Source of the DNA: an uncultured delta proteobacterium
GTDB taxonomy: Bacteria > Desulfobacterota > Desulfuromonadia > Geobacterales > Pseudopelobacteraceae
Length of the DNA: 64,000 nucleotides
Direction: 5' to 3'
Assembly: GCA_963772835.1 (NCBI GenBank)
Contig: CAVYYZ010000002.1
Location: 416,001 to 480,000 of the forward strand
Position 1 is the stretch's first letter, and each line of letters opens with the position of its first letter. The notes below the pieces were generated by a model. The model had not been told where the DNA came from. It worked only from the letters and a program-made list of their open reading frames with translations, and made no database searches. Made by a program: the position numbers and the translations under genes. This document shows, one piece after another, positions 38,827-48,002 of the stretch.

Positions 38827-39747
38827 TTATTTGATAAAACTCTGATCATCCTTCTCGGTGAACATGTTCAGCGGTCCCTTGTCGAGCACCTCGAAGCCGG
38901 CTTCATGGTCGTACAGTTCTTTGAGCTCTTTGGCCATCTTGCGGTTCAGCAGATTCAGAGGGATGTCCATCGGGCAGACCCGTTCGCATTCGGCGCAGCC
39001 GGCGCATCTGCCGGCGAGGTGCATGGCGCGCACGATGTGCCAGGCGGTATTGCCGGCCGGTCGGGGGGTGGTGTCCACCATCTGCGGTTTGTTGCGGTCG
39101 CAGAGGCATTGTTCGCAGAAGCAGAAAGGGCAGACCTGACGGCAGGCGTAGCATTTGATACATTTGGCGAACTGCTCTTTCCAGTAGGTCCAGCGCTCGG
39201 CCGGTGTCAGGGCTTCGAGGCGGGCGATCTCGACCGCGTATTTCTGCTGCAGTTCCGGAGTCACCGGGGTTTCAGCCGGTACGTAGTCGCAGCCGGTGGG
39301 GAGGTGAGCATCGCATTCGGTGCATTTGGGGGCAATCGTGTCCGTAGACAGTGCCTGATCGGGATACACTGTCGAGGCAAGTACTCCGGCGCAGGGAACG
39401 CCGATCAGGTACAGCTCTTCGCGTTTGAGCTGTGATTCGCCCATCAGGCCGGAGAGGGCTTTCAGGTCGCACCCTTTGACGACGATACCGATCCTTCCTG
39501 TCTTCGGGATTTCTTTTTTGGCTTTGGTGAGGTAGACGGCCAGATTGTTGACGCTGGCCGGGGTAAAGATCAGTTTTTGTGCATCGTCGGGAGTGCTGAT
39601 GACGATCGGTTGGACGGAGCCTTTACGGCGGGCGGCGGCGTAGCCGATGACTGCCGTGACCGTGCCATCAGAGAGGATGCGCGCTGCCTCGATCTGGATG
39701 ACTTCTGTGATGGCAGCGTAGATGGATGTGTCGATTGGATGTGTCAT
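38827..39747 (-). CDS. flxC: FlxC: 4Fe-4S dicluster protein
   Basis: KGCD, CIKCYACRQVCPFCFC, HLAGRCAGCAECERVCP. Confidence 0.78.
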   Translation of the reverse strand: MTHPIDTSIYAAITEVIQIEAARILSDGTVTAVIGYAAARRKGSVQPIVISTPDDAQKLIFTPASVNNLAVYLTKAKKEIPKTGRIGIVVKGCDLKALSGLMGESQLKREELYLIGVPCAGVLASTVYPDQALSTDTIAPKCTECDAHLPTGCDYVPAETPVTPELQQKYAVEIARLEALTPAERWTYWKEQFAKCIKCYACRQVCPFCFCEQCLCDRNKPQMVDTTPRPAGNTAWHIVRAMHLAGRCAGCAECERVCPMDIPLNLLNRKMAKELKELYDHEAGFEVLDKGPLNMFTEKDDQSFIK

Positions 39748-39759
39748 AAAAACCTTTTT

Positions 39760-39862
39760 TCACCACGAAGACACGAAGAACACGAAGAAGAGCTAAAATC
39801 TTTCAGGTTTATACCCCATAATGCCTTTGATTGATTTGACTTACTTCGTGTCTTCGTGGTGA
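39760..39862. repeat. Intergenic palindromic element, copy 2
   Basis: tcaccacgaagacacgaag / cttcgtgtcttcgtggtga, perfect 19-bp inverted repeat. Confidence 0.85.
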
Positions 39863-39870
39863 GACAAGCT

Positions 39871-40371
39871 TTAGATTTGATTATACGCTTCCTGCAATTC
39901 CGGTGTGTTGATGGCACCGGACCACTGCTCTTCCATGGCAAGTTCCTTGAATTCGGTCATCGGCCCCATGACACGCACTTTCTCGGTCAGATCGGTGACG
40001 ACTTCGACCCATTTGCCCCCTTCGGCGGCGGAGACCCAGGAAAACTGCAGCCGGTTCAGGTCGACTCCGACAAACTCCAGCAGTTTGCGGAAGACGGCAA
40101 ATCTCCTCCGGGCGTGGAAGTTGCCGGCGATGTAGTGACAGTCGCCGGGATGGCAGCCGGAAACCAGGACACCGTCGGCACCCTGTTGGAAGGCTTTCAG
40201 AATGAAGACCGGGTCGATTCGGCCGGTGCAGGGGAATTTCAGGACCCGTACGTTTGATGGGTACTGCATGCGACTGGTCCCGGCCAGGTCGGCCCCGGCG
40301 TAGGTGCACCAGGTGCAGACGAAAGCTATTATTTTGGGTTCGAAGGTGTTTGTTTGTTGTTCTGGGTGCAT
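39871..40371 (-). CDS. mvhD: MvhD/FlxD [2Fe-2S] subunit
   Basis: FVCTWCTYAGADLAG, PCTGRID, GADGVLVSGCHPGDCHY, WVSAAEG. Confidence 0.88.
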   Translation of the reverse strand: MHPEQQTNTFEPKIIAFVCTWCTYAGADLAGTSRMQYPSNVRVLKFPCTGRIDPVFILKAFQQGADGVLVSGCHPGDCHYIAGNFHARRRFAVFRKLLEFVGVDLNRLQFSWVSAAEGGKWVEVVTDLTEKVRVMGPMTEFKELAMEEQWSGAINTPELQEAYNQI

Positions 40372-40393
40372 GTATAATCCTTAAAACCGTTTT

Positions 40394-40500
40394 CACCACT
40401 AAGACACTATGAGCACTAAGGAAGGCAAAACTTAAAAAGCTTTGGGGGTTTAAACCTGAAAGATTTTAGCAGTTCTTAGTGTCCTTAGTGCCTTAGTGGT
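40394..40500. repeat. Intergenic palindromic element, copy 3
   Basis: caccactaagacacta / cttagtgccttagtggt, imperfect inverted repeat; internal segment related to copy 2 in inverted orientation. Confidence 0.8.
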
Positions 40501-40511
40501 AAGTTGTGTTT

Positions 40512-42509
40512 TTACAGCGCTTCGATCATGGCAATTACTTGTTCATCGGTATATCCATCAAGCTCCACGCTCTTCGACGGACAGGTGGCCTGGCATGTGC
40601 CGCAGCCGGCGCAGACGCCCGGGTTGACGAAGGCAACGGTCTTGATCAGGTTCCCCTGGCGGTCCCGGATTTCTTTTTCTTCAACGGCTCCGTAGGCACA
40701 GACCTTTTTACAGGCGAAGCAACCGACACAACCCGATTCCTTGACCCGCGCGACGATCGGTTCCCGCTCGAGCTGGTCTTTGGAGAAGAGGGTCATGACT
40801 TTGGCGGCGGCGGCACTTGCCTGGGATACGGTCTCGGGGATGTCTTTGGGCCCCTGGCAGGCGCCGGCAAGGTAGATGCCGGCGGTGGCGCATTCTACCG
40901 GGCGCAGTTTGGCGTGGGCCTCGGAGTAGAAGTTGTATTTGTCATAGGAGATGCCGAGTTTCTGGGCGAGCAGTTCGGCACCTTTCTGCGGCTGGATGGC
41001 GGTGGCGAGGACGACCATGTCGGCTTCGATCTCGACCTGGACGCCGACGGCGATGTCGCTCCCCATGACGACGATTTTGTCACCTTTCTGGTAGAGTCGT
41101 GAGACCATGCCGCGGATGTAGACCGCTTCTTCTTCTTCGATGGAACGGCGCCAGAATTCGTCGTAGCTTTTGCCGGGGGTGCGGGCGTCCATGAAGAAGA
41201 CGTAGGCCTGGCCGTCGTGTACTTTATGGTGGTAGAGCATGGTGTGTTTGGCGGTGTACATGCAGCAGACTTTGGAGCAGTAGGAGATCCCTTTTTCTCT
41301 GGCTCTCGATCCGATGCACTGGATGAAGACGATTTGTTTCGGTTCCTTGCCGTCGGAGGGGCGCAGGATTTTGCCGCCGGTGGGGCCGGATGCTGATGCC
41401 AACCGCTCGAAGGTCATGCCGTCGATGACGTCGGGGATTTTGCCATGGCCGAATTCGCCGTACCCTTTGATGGGGGAGCCTTTGGGTTTTTCGTCGATGG
41501 TGTAGAGGTCGAAGCCGGTGGCGACGACGATGGCGCCGACCGCTTCGACAACCAGTTGGTCTTCCTGTTCGAAGTCGACGGCACCGGGGCCGCAGACTTT
41601 CTGGCAGACGCCGCATTTGCCGGTTTTGTACCAGGTGCAGTTGTCACGGTCGATGACCGGGGTGTTGGGGACCGCCTGCGGGAAGGGAACGTAGATGGCG
41701 GTGCGCAGGCCGATGTTCTGGTCGAATTTGTTGGGGATCTTTTTCTGCGGGCATTTGGTCATGCAGACGCCGCAGCCGGTGCACTTGTCTTCATCGACGG
41801 AGCGGGCTCGTTTCTTGATAGTGACCTGGAAGTTGCCGATATACCCTTCGACGAGTTCTATTTCAGAGTAGGTGTAGAGTTTGATTTTCGGGTGATTGGC
41901 GACGTCGACCATTTTTGGAGTCATGATGCATTGCGAACAGTCGAGGGTCGGGAAGGTTTCGGAGAGCTGGGCCATGTGTCCACCAATGGATGGTTCCCGC
42001 TCGACGAGGACGACTTCGTGACCGCAGTCGGCAATGTCGAGGGCGGCCTGTATCCCGGCGATGCCGCCGCCGATGACGAGTGACCGTTTGGTGACCGGTA
42101 CGGTGATGGTGGGGAGGACGCGGTTCTTTTTGACACGTTCGACCATCATACCGACGATTTCAACCGCTTTGACAGTGGCTTCCTCCCTGTTTTCATGGAC
42201 CCAGGAGCAGTGTTCGCGGATGTTGGCCATTTCGCAGAGGTAGGGGTTCAGGCCGGCGGCTTCGACGGCTTTGCGGAAGGTCTTTTCGTGCATGCGCGGG
42301 GAGCAGGCGGCAACGACTACATGGGTGAGTTTCTGCTCCTGGATCGCTTTTTTGAGCAGATTCTGACCCGGATCGGAGCACATGTATTTGTAGTCGGTGG
42401 AAAAAGAGACGCCGGGCATTCTGCCGACTTCCTCTGCCACCCGTTCGACGTCGACGGTCCGGGAGATGTTTTCGCCGCAATGGCAGATGAATACGCCTAT
42501 TCTGGACAT
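40512..42509 (-). CDS. hdrA: Heterodisulfide reductase subunit A
   Basis: GVFICHCG, CSPRMHE, NIREHCSWVH, IGGGIAG, FPTLDCSQC, CSKVCCMY, GACQGPKDI, ferredoxin motifs. Confidence 0.95.
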   Translation of the reverse strand: MSRIGVFICHCGENISRTVDVERVAEEVGRMPGVSFSTDYKYMCSDPGQNLLKKAIQEQKLTHVVVAACSPRMHEKTFRKAVEAAGLNPYLCEMANIREHCSWVHENREEATVKAVEIVGMMVERVKKNRVLPTITVPVTKRSLVIGGGIAGIQAALDIADCGHEVVLVEREPSIGGHMAQLSETFPTLDCSQCIMTPKMVDVANHPKIKLYTYSEIELVEGYIGNFQVTIKKRARSVDEDKCTGCGVCMTKCPQKKIPNKFDQNIGLRTAIYVPFPQAVPNTPVIDRDNCTWYKTGKCGVCQKVCGPGAVDFEQEDQLVVEAVGAIVVATGFDLYTIDEKPKGSPIKGYGEFGHGKIPDVIDGMTFERLASASGPTGGKILRPSDGKEPKQIVFIQCIGSRAREKGISYCSKVCCMYTAKHTMLYHHKVHDGQAYVFFMDARTPGKSYDEFWRRSIEEEEAVYIRGMVSRLYQKGDKIVVMGSDIAVGVQVEIEADMVVLATAIQPQKGAELLAQKLGISYDKYNFYSEAHAKLRPVECATAGIYLAGACQGPKDIPETVSQASAAAAKVMTLFSKDQLEREPIVARVKESGCVGCFACKKVCAYGAVEEKEIRDRQGNLIKTVAFVNPGVCAGCGTCQATCPSKSVELDGYTDEQVIAMIEAL

Positions 42510-42510
42510 G

Positions 42511-43389
42511 CTACAGTAACCCCTTCTCTTTCAATAGCGGCGATGGGTTGACGATCATGGCGTCCAGCCCGAGTTTGTCTGCGCCCAACCCAACAGCCAG
42601 TCCGACCAGTTGCGTCAGGTAGAAGACCGGCAGGTTGTAGTCGGTTTTATAGACTCCTTCGATTTCTTTCTGGCGGATGTCCAGGTTGCCGTGGCAGAGG
42701 GGGCAGCCGACCATGATGCAGTCGGCGCCGGCGGCTTTGGCGGAGTCGAGGACTGCACCGGTGAGCTGGATGACGACGCCGGGGCGAGAGAGGGTGAAGT
42801 TTGCGCCGCAGCATTCCATACGGTGGGTCCAGGATACGGTGGTCGCGCCGACGGCTTCGATGACTTTTTCCATGATGGTGGGGGCTTCAACGCAGTCGAG
42901 GTTGGGGACGTCGGTGGGACGGGTCAGCAGACAGCCGTAGTAGCAGGCGACCTTGAGGCCGGCCAGCGGTTTGGTGACAGCAGCGGCGAGGCGCTCGAGT
43001 CCCAGGTCTTTGGCCAGTATTTCCAGGAGGTGTTTGACGCTGCCGTCCAGCTTGAGAGGGGCGTCAAGTGCCGTTTCGACCTGTTTCCGTTTGACCGGGC
43101 TTTCGCCTAAGACATGCTGGGCGGTCTTGAGGCGCGAGAAGCAGGCGGCACAGGCAACGGCGATGTCACCGTCGACTTTGTCGGCAAGTTCCAGGTTTTT
43201 GGCGCAGAGCGACAGCGACAGCAGTTCGTCGACGTTGTGCGCGGGGGTGGCGCCGCAGCAGAACCAGTCCGGTATCTCGGTGAGGCCGATGCCGAGGATT
43301 TTGAACAGTTCACGGGTTGAGAGGTCGTATTCACCGGCAGAAGCATGCAGCGAGCAGCCGGGATAATAGGAGTAGTTGAGTTCTTTCAT
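42511..43389 (-). CDS. hdrB: Heterodisulfide reductase subunit B
   Basis: YYPGCS, two CCG domains (WFCCGA, ECCGA), YYGCLL, CPLCH. Confidence 0.93.
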   Translation of the reverse strand: MKELNYSYYPGCSLHASAGEYDLSTRELFKILGIGLTEIPDWFCCGATPAHNVDELLSLSLCAKNLELADKVDGDIAVACAACFSRLKTAQHVLGESPVKRKQVETALDAPLKLDGSVKHLLEILAKDLGLERLAAAVTKPLAGLKVACYYGCLLTRPTDVPNLDCVEAPTIMEKVIEAVGATTVSWTHRMECCGANFTLSRPGVVIQLTGAVLDSAKAAGADCIMVGCPLCHGNLDIRQKEIEGVYKTDYNLPVFYLTQLVGLAVGLGADKLGLDAMIVNPSPLLKEKGLL

Positions 43390-43413
43390 TGCGATGAGCC
43401 AAATCCTTTTTAT

Positions 43414-43475
43414 AATTTTGAATTTTGAATGCTGAATGTTGGATTGAAAGGCCTTTTAATTCAAAATCCAAAATT
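43414..43475. repeat. Heptamer array (AATTTTG/AATGTTG) with an inverted counterpart
   Basis: aattttg aattttg aatgctg aatgttg ... aattcaaaatccaaaatt around a central aaaggccttt palindrome. Confidence 0.7.
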
Positions 43476-43479
43476 GTTT

Positions 43480-44064
43480 TTAAAGAGCTTCGCCTTTAGC
43501 GCGCATCGCTTCGATGCGGCTGAATATCTTTTCGATTTCTGGCATGTTCTTGTTCTTGCTGTGGAACATCTTCAGTTTGCCTTTGGCAAGCAGCTTGGGA
43601 CCGAGCATCAAATCTTTCAGGAACTGACCGGATTTGACGTTGAAGACAGCTGCAAGCCTCATCTCGTACTGGCGGCCGTAGGTGCGGATGTTCTGCAGGA
43701 AGAGTTTGTTAGCCAGCTGGACGTAGCTCTCCTTTGAGGCGCCTTCGGCGTCCCAGGAGAGTTTGCGCAGGGCGTCCATGATGGAGGCCAGGTGCACTTT
43801 ATTGGGGCAGCGGGTGGAACAGGTTTCGCACGAAGCGCAGTACCAGATGGAGCGGCCGGCCAGGATGCGCTGCCACTGGCCGAGCTGGAGAAGACGCACG
43901 ACCCGGTTGGGAGGATGTTCCATGAAAGTGGCCATGGGGCAGCCGGCGGAACATTTACCGCACTGGAAACAACGACGCACCGAGGTGCCGGACAGCGCCT
44001 CGACTTTGCGCACAAAGTCGACGTCCATCGTTGTCTGGGAGATGATCATTTTTTTCTTTTTCAC
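43480..44064 (-). CDS. hdrC: Heterodisulfide reductase subunit C
   Basis: CFQCGKCSAGCP and WYCASCETCSTRCP. Confidence 0.92.
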   Translation of the reverse strand: MKKKKMIISQTTMDVDFVRKVEALSGTSVRRCFQCGKCSAGCPMATFMEHPPNRVVRLLQLGQWQRILAGRSIWYCASCETCSTRCPNKVHLASIMDALRKLSWDAEGASKESYVQLANKLFLQNIRTYGRQYEMRLAAVFNVKSGQFLKDLMLGPKLLAKGKLKMFHSKNKNMPEIEKIFSRIEAMRAKGEAL

Positions 44065-44366
44065 GGCGGCACCATTTAGTTAAAATAAAATTTAGCGGGT
44101 TCAAATTGACGACTTCATTGCAGTTTCTGTCTACTGCAAACCCATAGTAAGTCTTTTATTCTGACATTCTCTACACAAATGATATGGAAAATGCAAGCCA
44201 ATACTTGCGGCAAACACGTATTTAGTAAAAATCAAAAGCGGACAGACCAATATACCGGCAAGAGTACCGGATTGATTCGTTCTGAGAGGACACGTCGCCA
44301 TCAAGGGGCAAAAAAGGTCCATCCCCAAGAAGAGAAAATGGACCTGGATTTCAGATTGAAAATCCA

Positions 44367-44525
44367 TCAGTAGATAATTATATATCCATGCGCTTCCGCA
44401 ATTTTTCGGACCTCATCCCTATCAAGCAGCTGATATGTTTTTCCTTCGAGTGTAAAATGATACCCGCCCTGGCCATCCGGGATCGCATCACTCAGCAAAG
44501 ATTCAAATGTCGCCGTTTTAATCAT
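44367..44525 (-). CDS. Small hypothetical protein (52 aa)
   Basis: GGGGAG RBS, ATG at 44525, MIKTATFESLLSDAIPDGQGGYHFTLEGKTYQ...HGYIIIY; directly downstream of ltaE. Confidence 0.65.
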   Translation of the reverse strand: MIKTATFESLLSDAIPDGQGGYHFTLEGKTYQLLDRDEVRKIAEAHGYIIIY

Positions 44526-44547
44526 GCCACTTCTCCCCGTAGTATAA

Positions 44548-45648
44548 TCAGCTGGCAGAGATGGCCACATGGACCGCGGCAACCAGTTGAAGCACATCCT
44601 GCTCAGTTGTCTGCCACGAGCACATGAAACGCGCACCACCTGAACCGATGAAAGAGTAGAAGTGCCAACCGGCGGACCGGAGTGCTTCAGCTGCGGCTTC
44701 CGGCATTTCAACGAATACCGAGTTCGCCTGACGCGGATACATGATGCGGACACCGTTGATGCCTGCCAGATGTTGTTCCAACAAAGCCGCACATCGGTTG
44801 GCGTGCCCGGCATTCTTGAGCCAGATTCCGCTTTCGAGCATGCCGATCCATGGTGCAGATATAAAGCGCATCTTGGACGCCAGCTGTCCCGCCTGTTTAC
44901 AGCGATAATCGAATTCATGGGCCAGTTCAGCATTAAAGAAGACCACCGCCTCACCAACCGCCATACCGTTTTTCGCCCCCCCCAGGCAAAGCACGTCCAC
45001 CCCTGCCCTCCAGGTTATCTCCGCCGGTGCGACATCCAGCGAAACAACGGCGTTGGCAAAGCGGGCACCGTCCATATGCACCCGCATGCCATGGCCTCTG
45101 GCCAGTTCGCAGGCCGCTTTTATTTCTTCGGGAGTGTACACAGTGCCGACTTCAGTCGCCTGGGTCAGGCTCAATACCTTTGGGCGGGGATAATGAATAT
45201 CACTGCGGCGGGTTATGGTGCGTTCAACCTCTGCCAGGTCGAGTTTCCCGCCAGGACCGTTCACATGCAGCAGCTTGGTGCCGTTTGAGAAAAACTCCGG
45301 CGCTCCGCACTCGTCGGTTTCGACATGAGCCAGTTCATGACAGATCACACTATGGTAGGAACGGCACAGAGATGCCAATGCCAGCGAGTTGGCCGCAGTA
45401 CCGTTAAATACGAAGAAGACCTGGCAATCCGTCTCAAAAACCTCACGGAGGTGCGTGCAGGCACGTTCCGTCCAGAGATCATCTCCATAGGAAGAGACAA
45501 ATCCAACGTTGGCAGCCTGCATGGCCAGCCAGGCCTCCGGGCAGATCCCGGCATAATTATCGCTGGCAAACTGGTTGTATGTGCGATCCTGATTAGTCCC
45601 GTCCAATTCATTCTCCACGTCGTAATAAAAAGCAGACTGTATCTGCAA
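44548..45648 (-). CDS. ltaE: Low-specificity L-threonine aldolase
   Basis: FASDNYAG, FNGTAAN, DECGAPEF, HMDGARFANA, GGAKNG, GQLASKMRF; start uncertain. Confidence 0.9.
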   Translation of the reverse strand: MQIQSAFYYDVENELDGTNQDRTYNQFASDNYAGICPEAWLAMQAANVGFVSSYGDDLWTERACTHLREVFETDCQVFFVFNGTAANSLALASLCRSYHSVICHELAHVETDECGAPEFFSNGTKLLHVNGPGGKLDLAEVERTITRRSDIHYPRPKVLSLTQATEVGTVYTPEEIKAACELARGHGMRVHMDGARFANAVVSLDVAPAEITWRAGVDVLCLGGAKNGMAVGEAVVFFNAELAHEFDYRCKQAGQLASKMRFISAPWIGMLESGIWLKNAGHANRCAALLEQHLAGINGVRIMYPRQANSVFVEMPEAAAEALRSAGWHFYSFIGSGGARFMCSWQTTEQDVLQLVAAVHVAISAS

Positions 45649-45769
45649 TTTAGCACCGGTCCTGTTATGATGCCAGAAATTTCCAATCGTTATGATGTCA
45701 GCTATTGAATAGTGTTTGACAAATGGCTATGATACTTATCCACAATCTCGGAATGAAGGGCACTTCTGT

Positions 45770-46651
45770 ATGCGCTACAGCCGTATGCGGCTTTCTCACA
45801 AAATATTCCTTGTAACGCTGCTTACCGCAATTCTTGTCGTCTTCTCGGTACTGCGGTCGCCAACCCTCACGGATAATCCTGCCGCATCACCTGAAGACAA
45901 GGGGAGAGAGGATCTGTCGCGCGTAGAATACCCGAGCCTGGCAGGCATTAAATGGCATGCCAGATTCATAGAGCCGCAACAGTCTCTCGAATCACTATTC
46001 GGAAAAGACTGGATTCTGGTGGCCCGCTTTAACAGGGTTGATCGTCGGCACGTCTACCCCGGCATGACCATTAAAGCTCCTGACAACATGGCCGATATTC
46101 GCACCTACACGCCACTTCCGCTTTACTACCGGCCCGCTGCCCGACACGAGAAATATATACTGGTCGATGTAACCGAACAGTGGCTTGGCGCCTATGAACA
46201 GGGCAAACTGGTCTTTTCAACTCCCGCGGCAACCGGTAAAGCCACTACGGAAACCCCTGTCGGCATATTTCGCGTATCGACCCGTGACCGCAATCATACA
46301 TCGTCACTTTATAAAACGGCTGATGACGAAGAACAGTATCCGATGGACAACGCCCTCCGCTTCCATATCGGAACGGACAACGTCTCGTACTGGCTGCATG
46401 CCCGCGACCTCCCCGGAAGGCCTGCATCTCACGGTTGCATCGGGTTGTTTGACGAAGAGATGCAGTTGCGGGTTTTTGGCACGCCGCTCAAACCGGTGCT
46501 CCGCGATTCACAGAAACTGTACAATTGGGCTGCCGGGGAGGAAGAGTACGAAGATGACAGCGGAGGACCGGAGGAGTTGGAGGACGGACCGATTGTCGAA
46601 GTGCGTGGAAGCCTGCCCCGCTATCTGGACAGGCCTCCGTCACGCATATAA
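45770..46651 (+). CDS. L,D-transpeptidase family protein
   Basis: N-terminal TM helix, ETPVG, WLH...PGRPASHGCIGL. Confidence 0.85.
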   Translation: MRYSRMRLSHKIFLVTLLTAILVVFSVLRSPTLTDNPAASPEDKGREDLSRVEYPSLAGIKWHARFIEPQQSLESLFGKDWILVARFNRVDRRHVYPGMTIKAPDNMADIRTYTPLPLYYRPAARHEKYILVDVTEQWLGAYEQGKLVFSTPAATGKATTETPVGIFRVSTRDRNHTSSLYKTADDEEQYPMDNALRFHIGTDNVSYWLHARDLPGRPASHGCIGLFDEEMQLRVFGTPLKPVLRDSQKLYNWAAGEEEYEDDSGGPEELEDGPIVEVRGSLPRYLDRPPSRI

Positions 46652-46802
46652 ACGCTGAAGCTGTTTGGGCAGTGAAATAGAGAACATCACTACAGAGTTT
46701 TTAAGCGCACCGGACCGATTGACTACCTCATTCAGCCTTTGAGCTTATTTCAAAAGCACCCCGATATTCTCTCCTGATTTCAGCGTTTCACCCTTTGCCA
46801 AC

Positions 46803-47777
46803 CTATCTCGAGAGCCATTTTGCAACCTCTTTGGCGTGGTAGGTTATGATAATATCAGCACCCGCCCGCTTGAAAGCGGTCATTGTTTCCATTACCACCC
46901 GTTCCTCATCTATCCACCCCCGCTCAGCAGCACCCTTGACCATGCTGTATTCGCCCGAGACATTGTAGACCGCAAGCGGCAGATCAAATTCGTTGCGCAG
47001 GTCACGCAGGATGTCGAGGTACGGCAGACCGGGCTTTACCATGATGATATCAGCACCTTCATCAATATCCGAAGCAGCCTCCCGCAGCGCTTCTCGACGG
47101 TTACCCGGATCCATCTGGTAGCTGCGTCGATCTCCGAACTGCGGCGTAGACTCAGCCGCTTCCCGAAATGGGCCGTAATAGCCGGAAGCGTATTTGACCG
47201 CGTAACTCATAATCGGGATCGCATCATAACCGTTTTCATCCAGTTTTTCGCGAATTGCACCAACCCGTCCATCCATCATGTCGGACGGAGCCACCATATC
47301 AGCTCCAGCCTGCACGTGTGAAAGAGCTTCGCGCGCCAGAAGATCAAGCGTGGAGTCATTATCAACATCCCCGTTCTTGATGATTCCGCAATGCCCGTGA
47401 TCGGTATATTCACACATGCAGACATCGGTAATTACCGCCAGACCCGGAACATTTTTTTTCAGCGCCCGGATCGTTTCCTGGATGATGCCGGTATCTGAAT
47501 AGGCATCACTGCCGACCGCATCCTTGGTCTCGGGAATGCCAAACAGCAGGACGGCCGGTATCCCGAGGTTCTGTACCTCTTGAGCCTCGGCGACGATATG
47601 TTCGATCGATTGCTGGTAGATTCCGGGCATCGAAGATATCTCTTTTCTGATGCCGCTGCCAAAAGCAGAAAACATCGGATATACAAGATCATTTACCGAA
47701 ACGGATGTTTCGCGAACCATTCGGCGAAACGTTTCACTTCCCCTGATTCTGCGGGCACGGAACTGTGGAAAAAACAT
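46803..47777 (-). CDS. hemB: Porphobilinogen synthase
   Basis: [50 protein letters not shown]. Confidence 0.97.
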   Translation of the reverse strand: MFFPQFRARRIRGSETFRRMVRETSVSVNDLVYPMFSAFGSGIRKEISSMPGIYQQSIEHIVAEAQEVQNLGIPAVLLFGIPETKDAVGSDAYSDTGIIQETIRALKKNVPGLAVITDVCMCEYTDHGHCGIIKNGDVDNDSTLDLLAREALSHVQAGADMVAPSDMMDGRVGAIREKLDENGYDAIPIMSYAVKYASGYYGPFREAAESTPQFGDRRSYQMDPGNRREALREAASDIDEGADIIMVKPGLPYLDILRDLRNEFDLPLAVYNVSGEYSMVKGAAERGWIDEERVVMETMTAFKRAGADIIITYHAKEVAKWLSR

Positions 47778-48002
47778 GGTGGGTCCTCCTTGATATTGTG
47801 CAGACGTACCACGTATGTAGCGACGATACGCCTGAAGAGAGTAATGCAGCCGGGAATTAAATGCAAGATTTTCTCCTGCTTGCAATATCCGTAAACAGTG
47901 GTACGCTTGCCGCTGAAAATAACACTATTTTCCGCTTGCTTCAAACAGGACATAAATGGTATTCAACAGACATTATTTATTTCGTTTAAGGGAGGAATGT
48001 GT

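Noticed and set aside
37641..40502. Repeats in the flx operon as a CRISPR array
   Set aside because: They are inverted repeats separated by whole genes, not direct repeats with unique spacers, and no cas genes are present
36787..44064. Selenocysteine read-through in Hdr/Flx/MvhD subunits
   Set aside because: All ORFs are full length with Cys at the motif positions and no in-frame TGA
44526..44957. N-terminal part of the 196-aa ORF 44367-44957
   Set aside because: Overlaps ltaE on the same strand in another frame; only the last 52 codons look real
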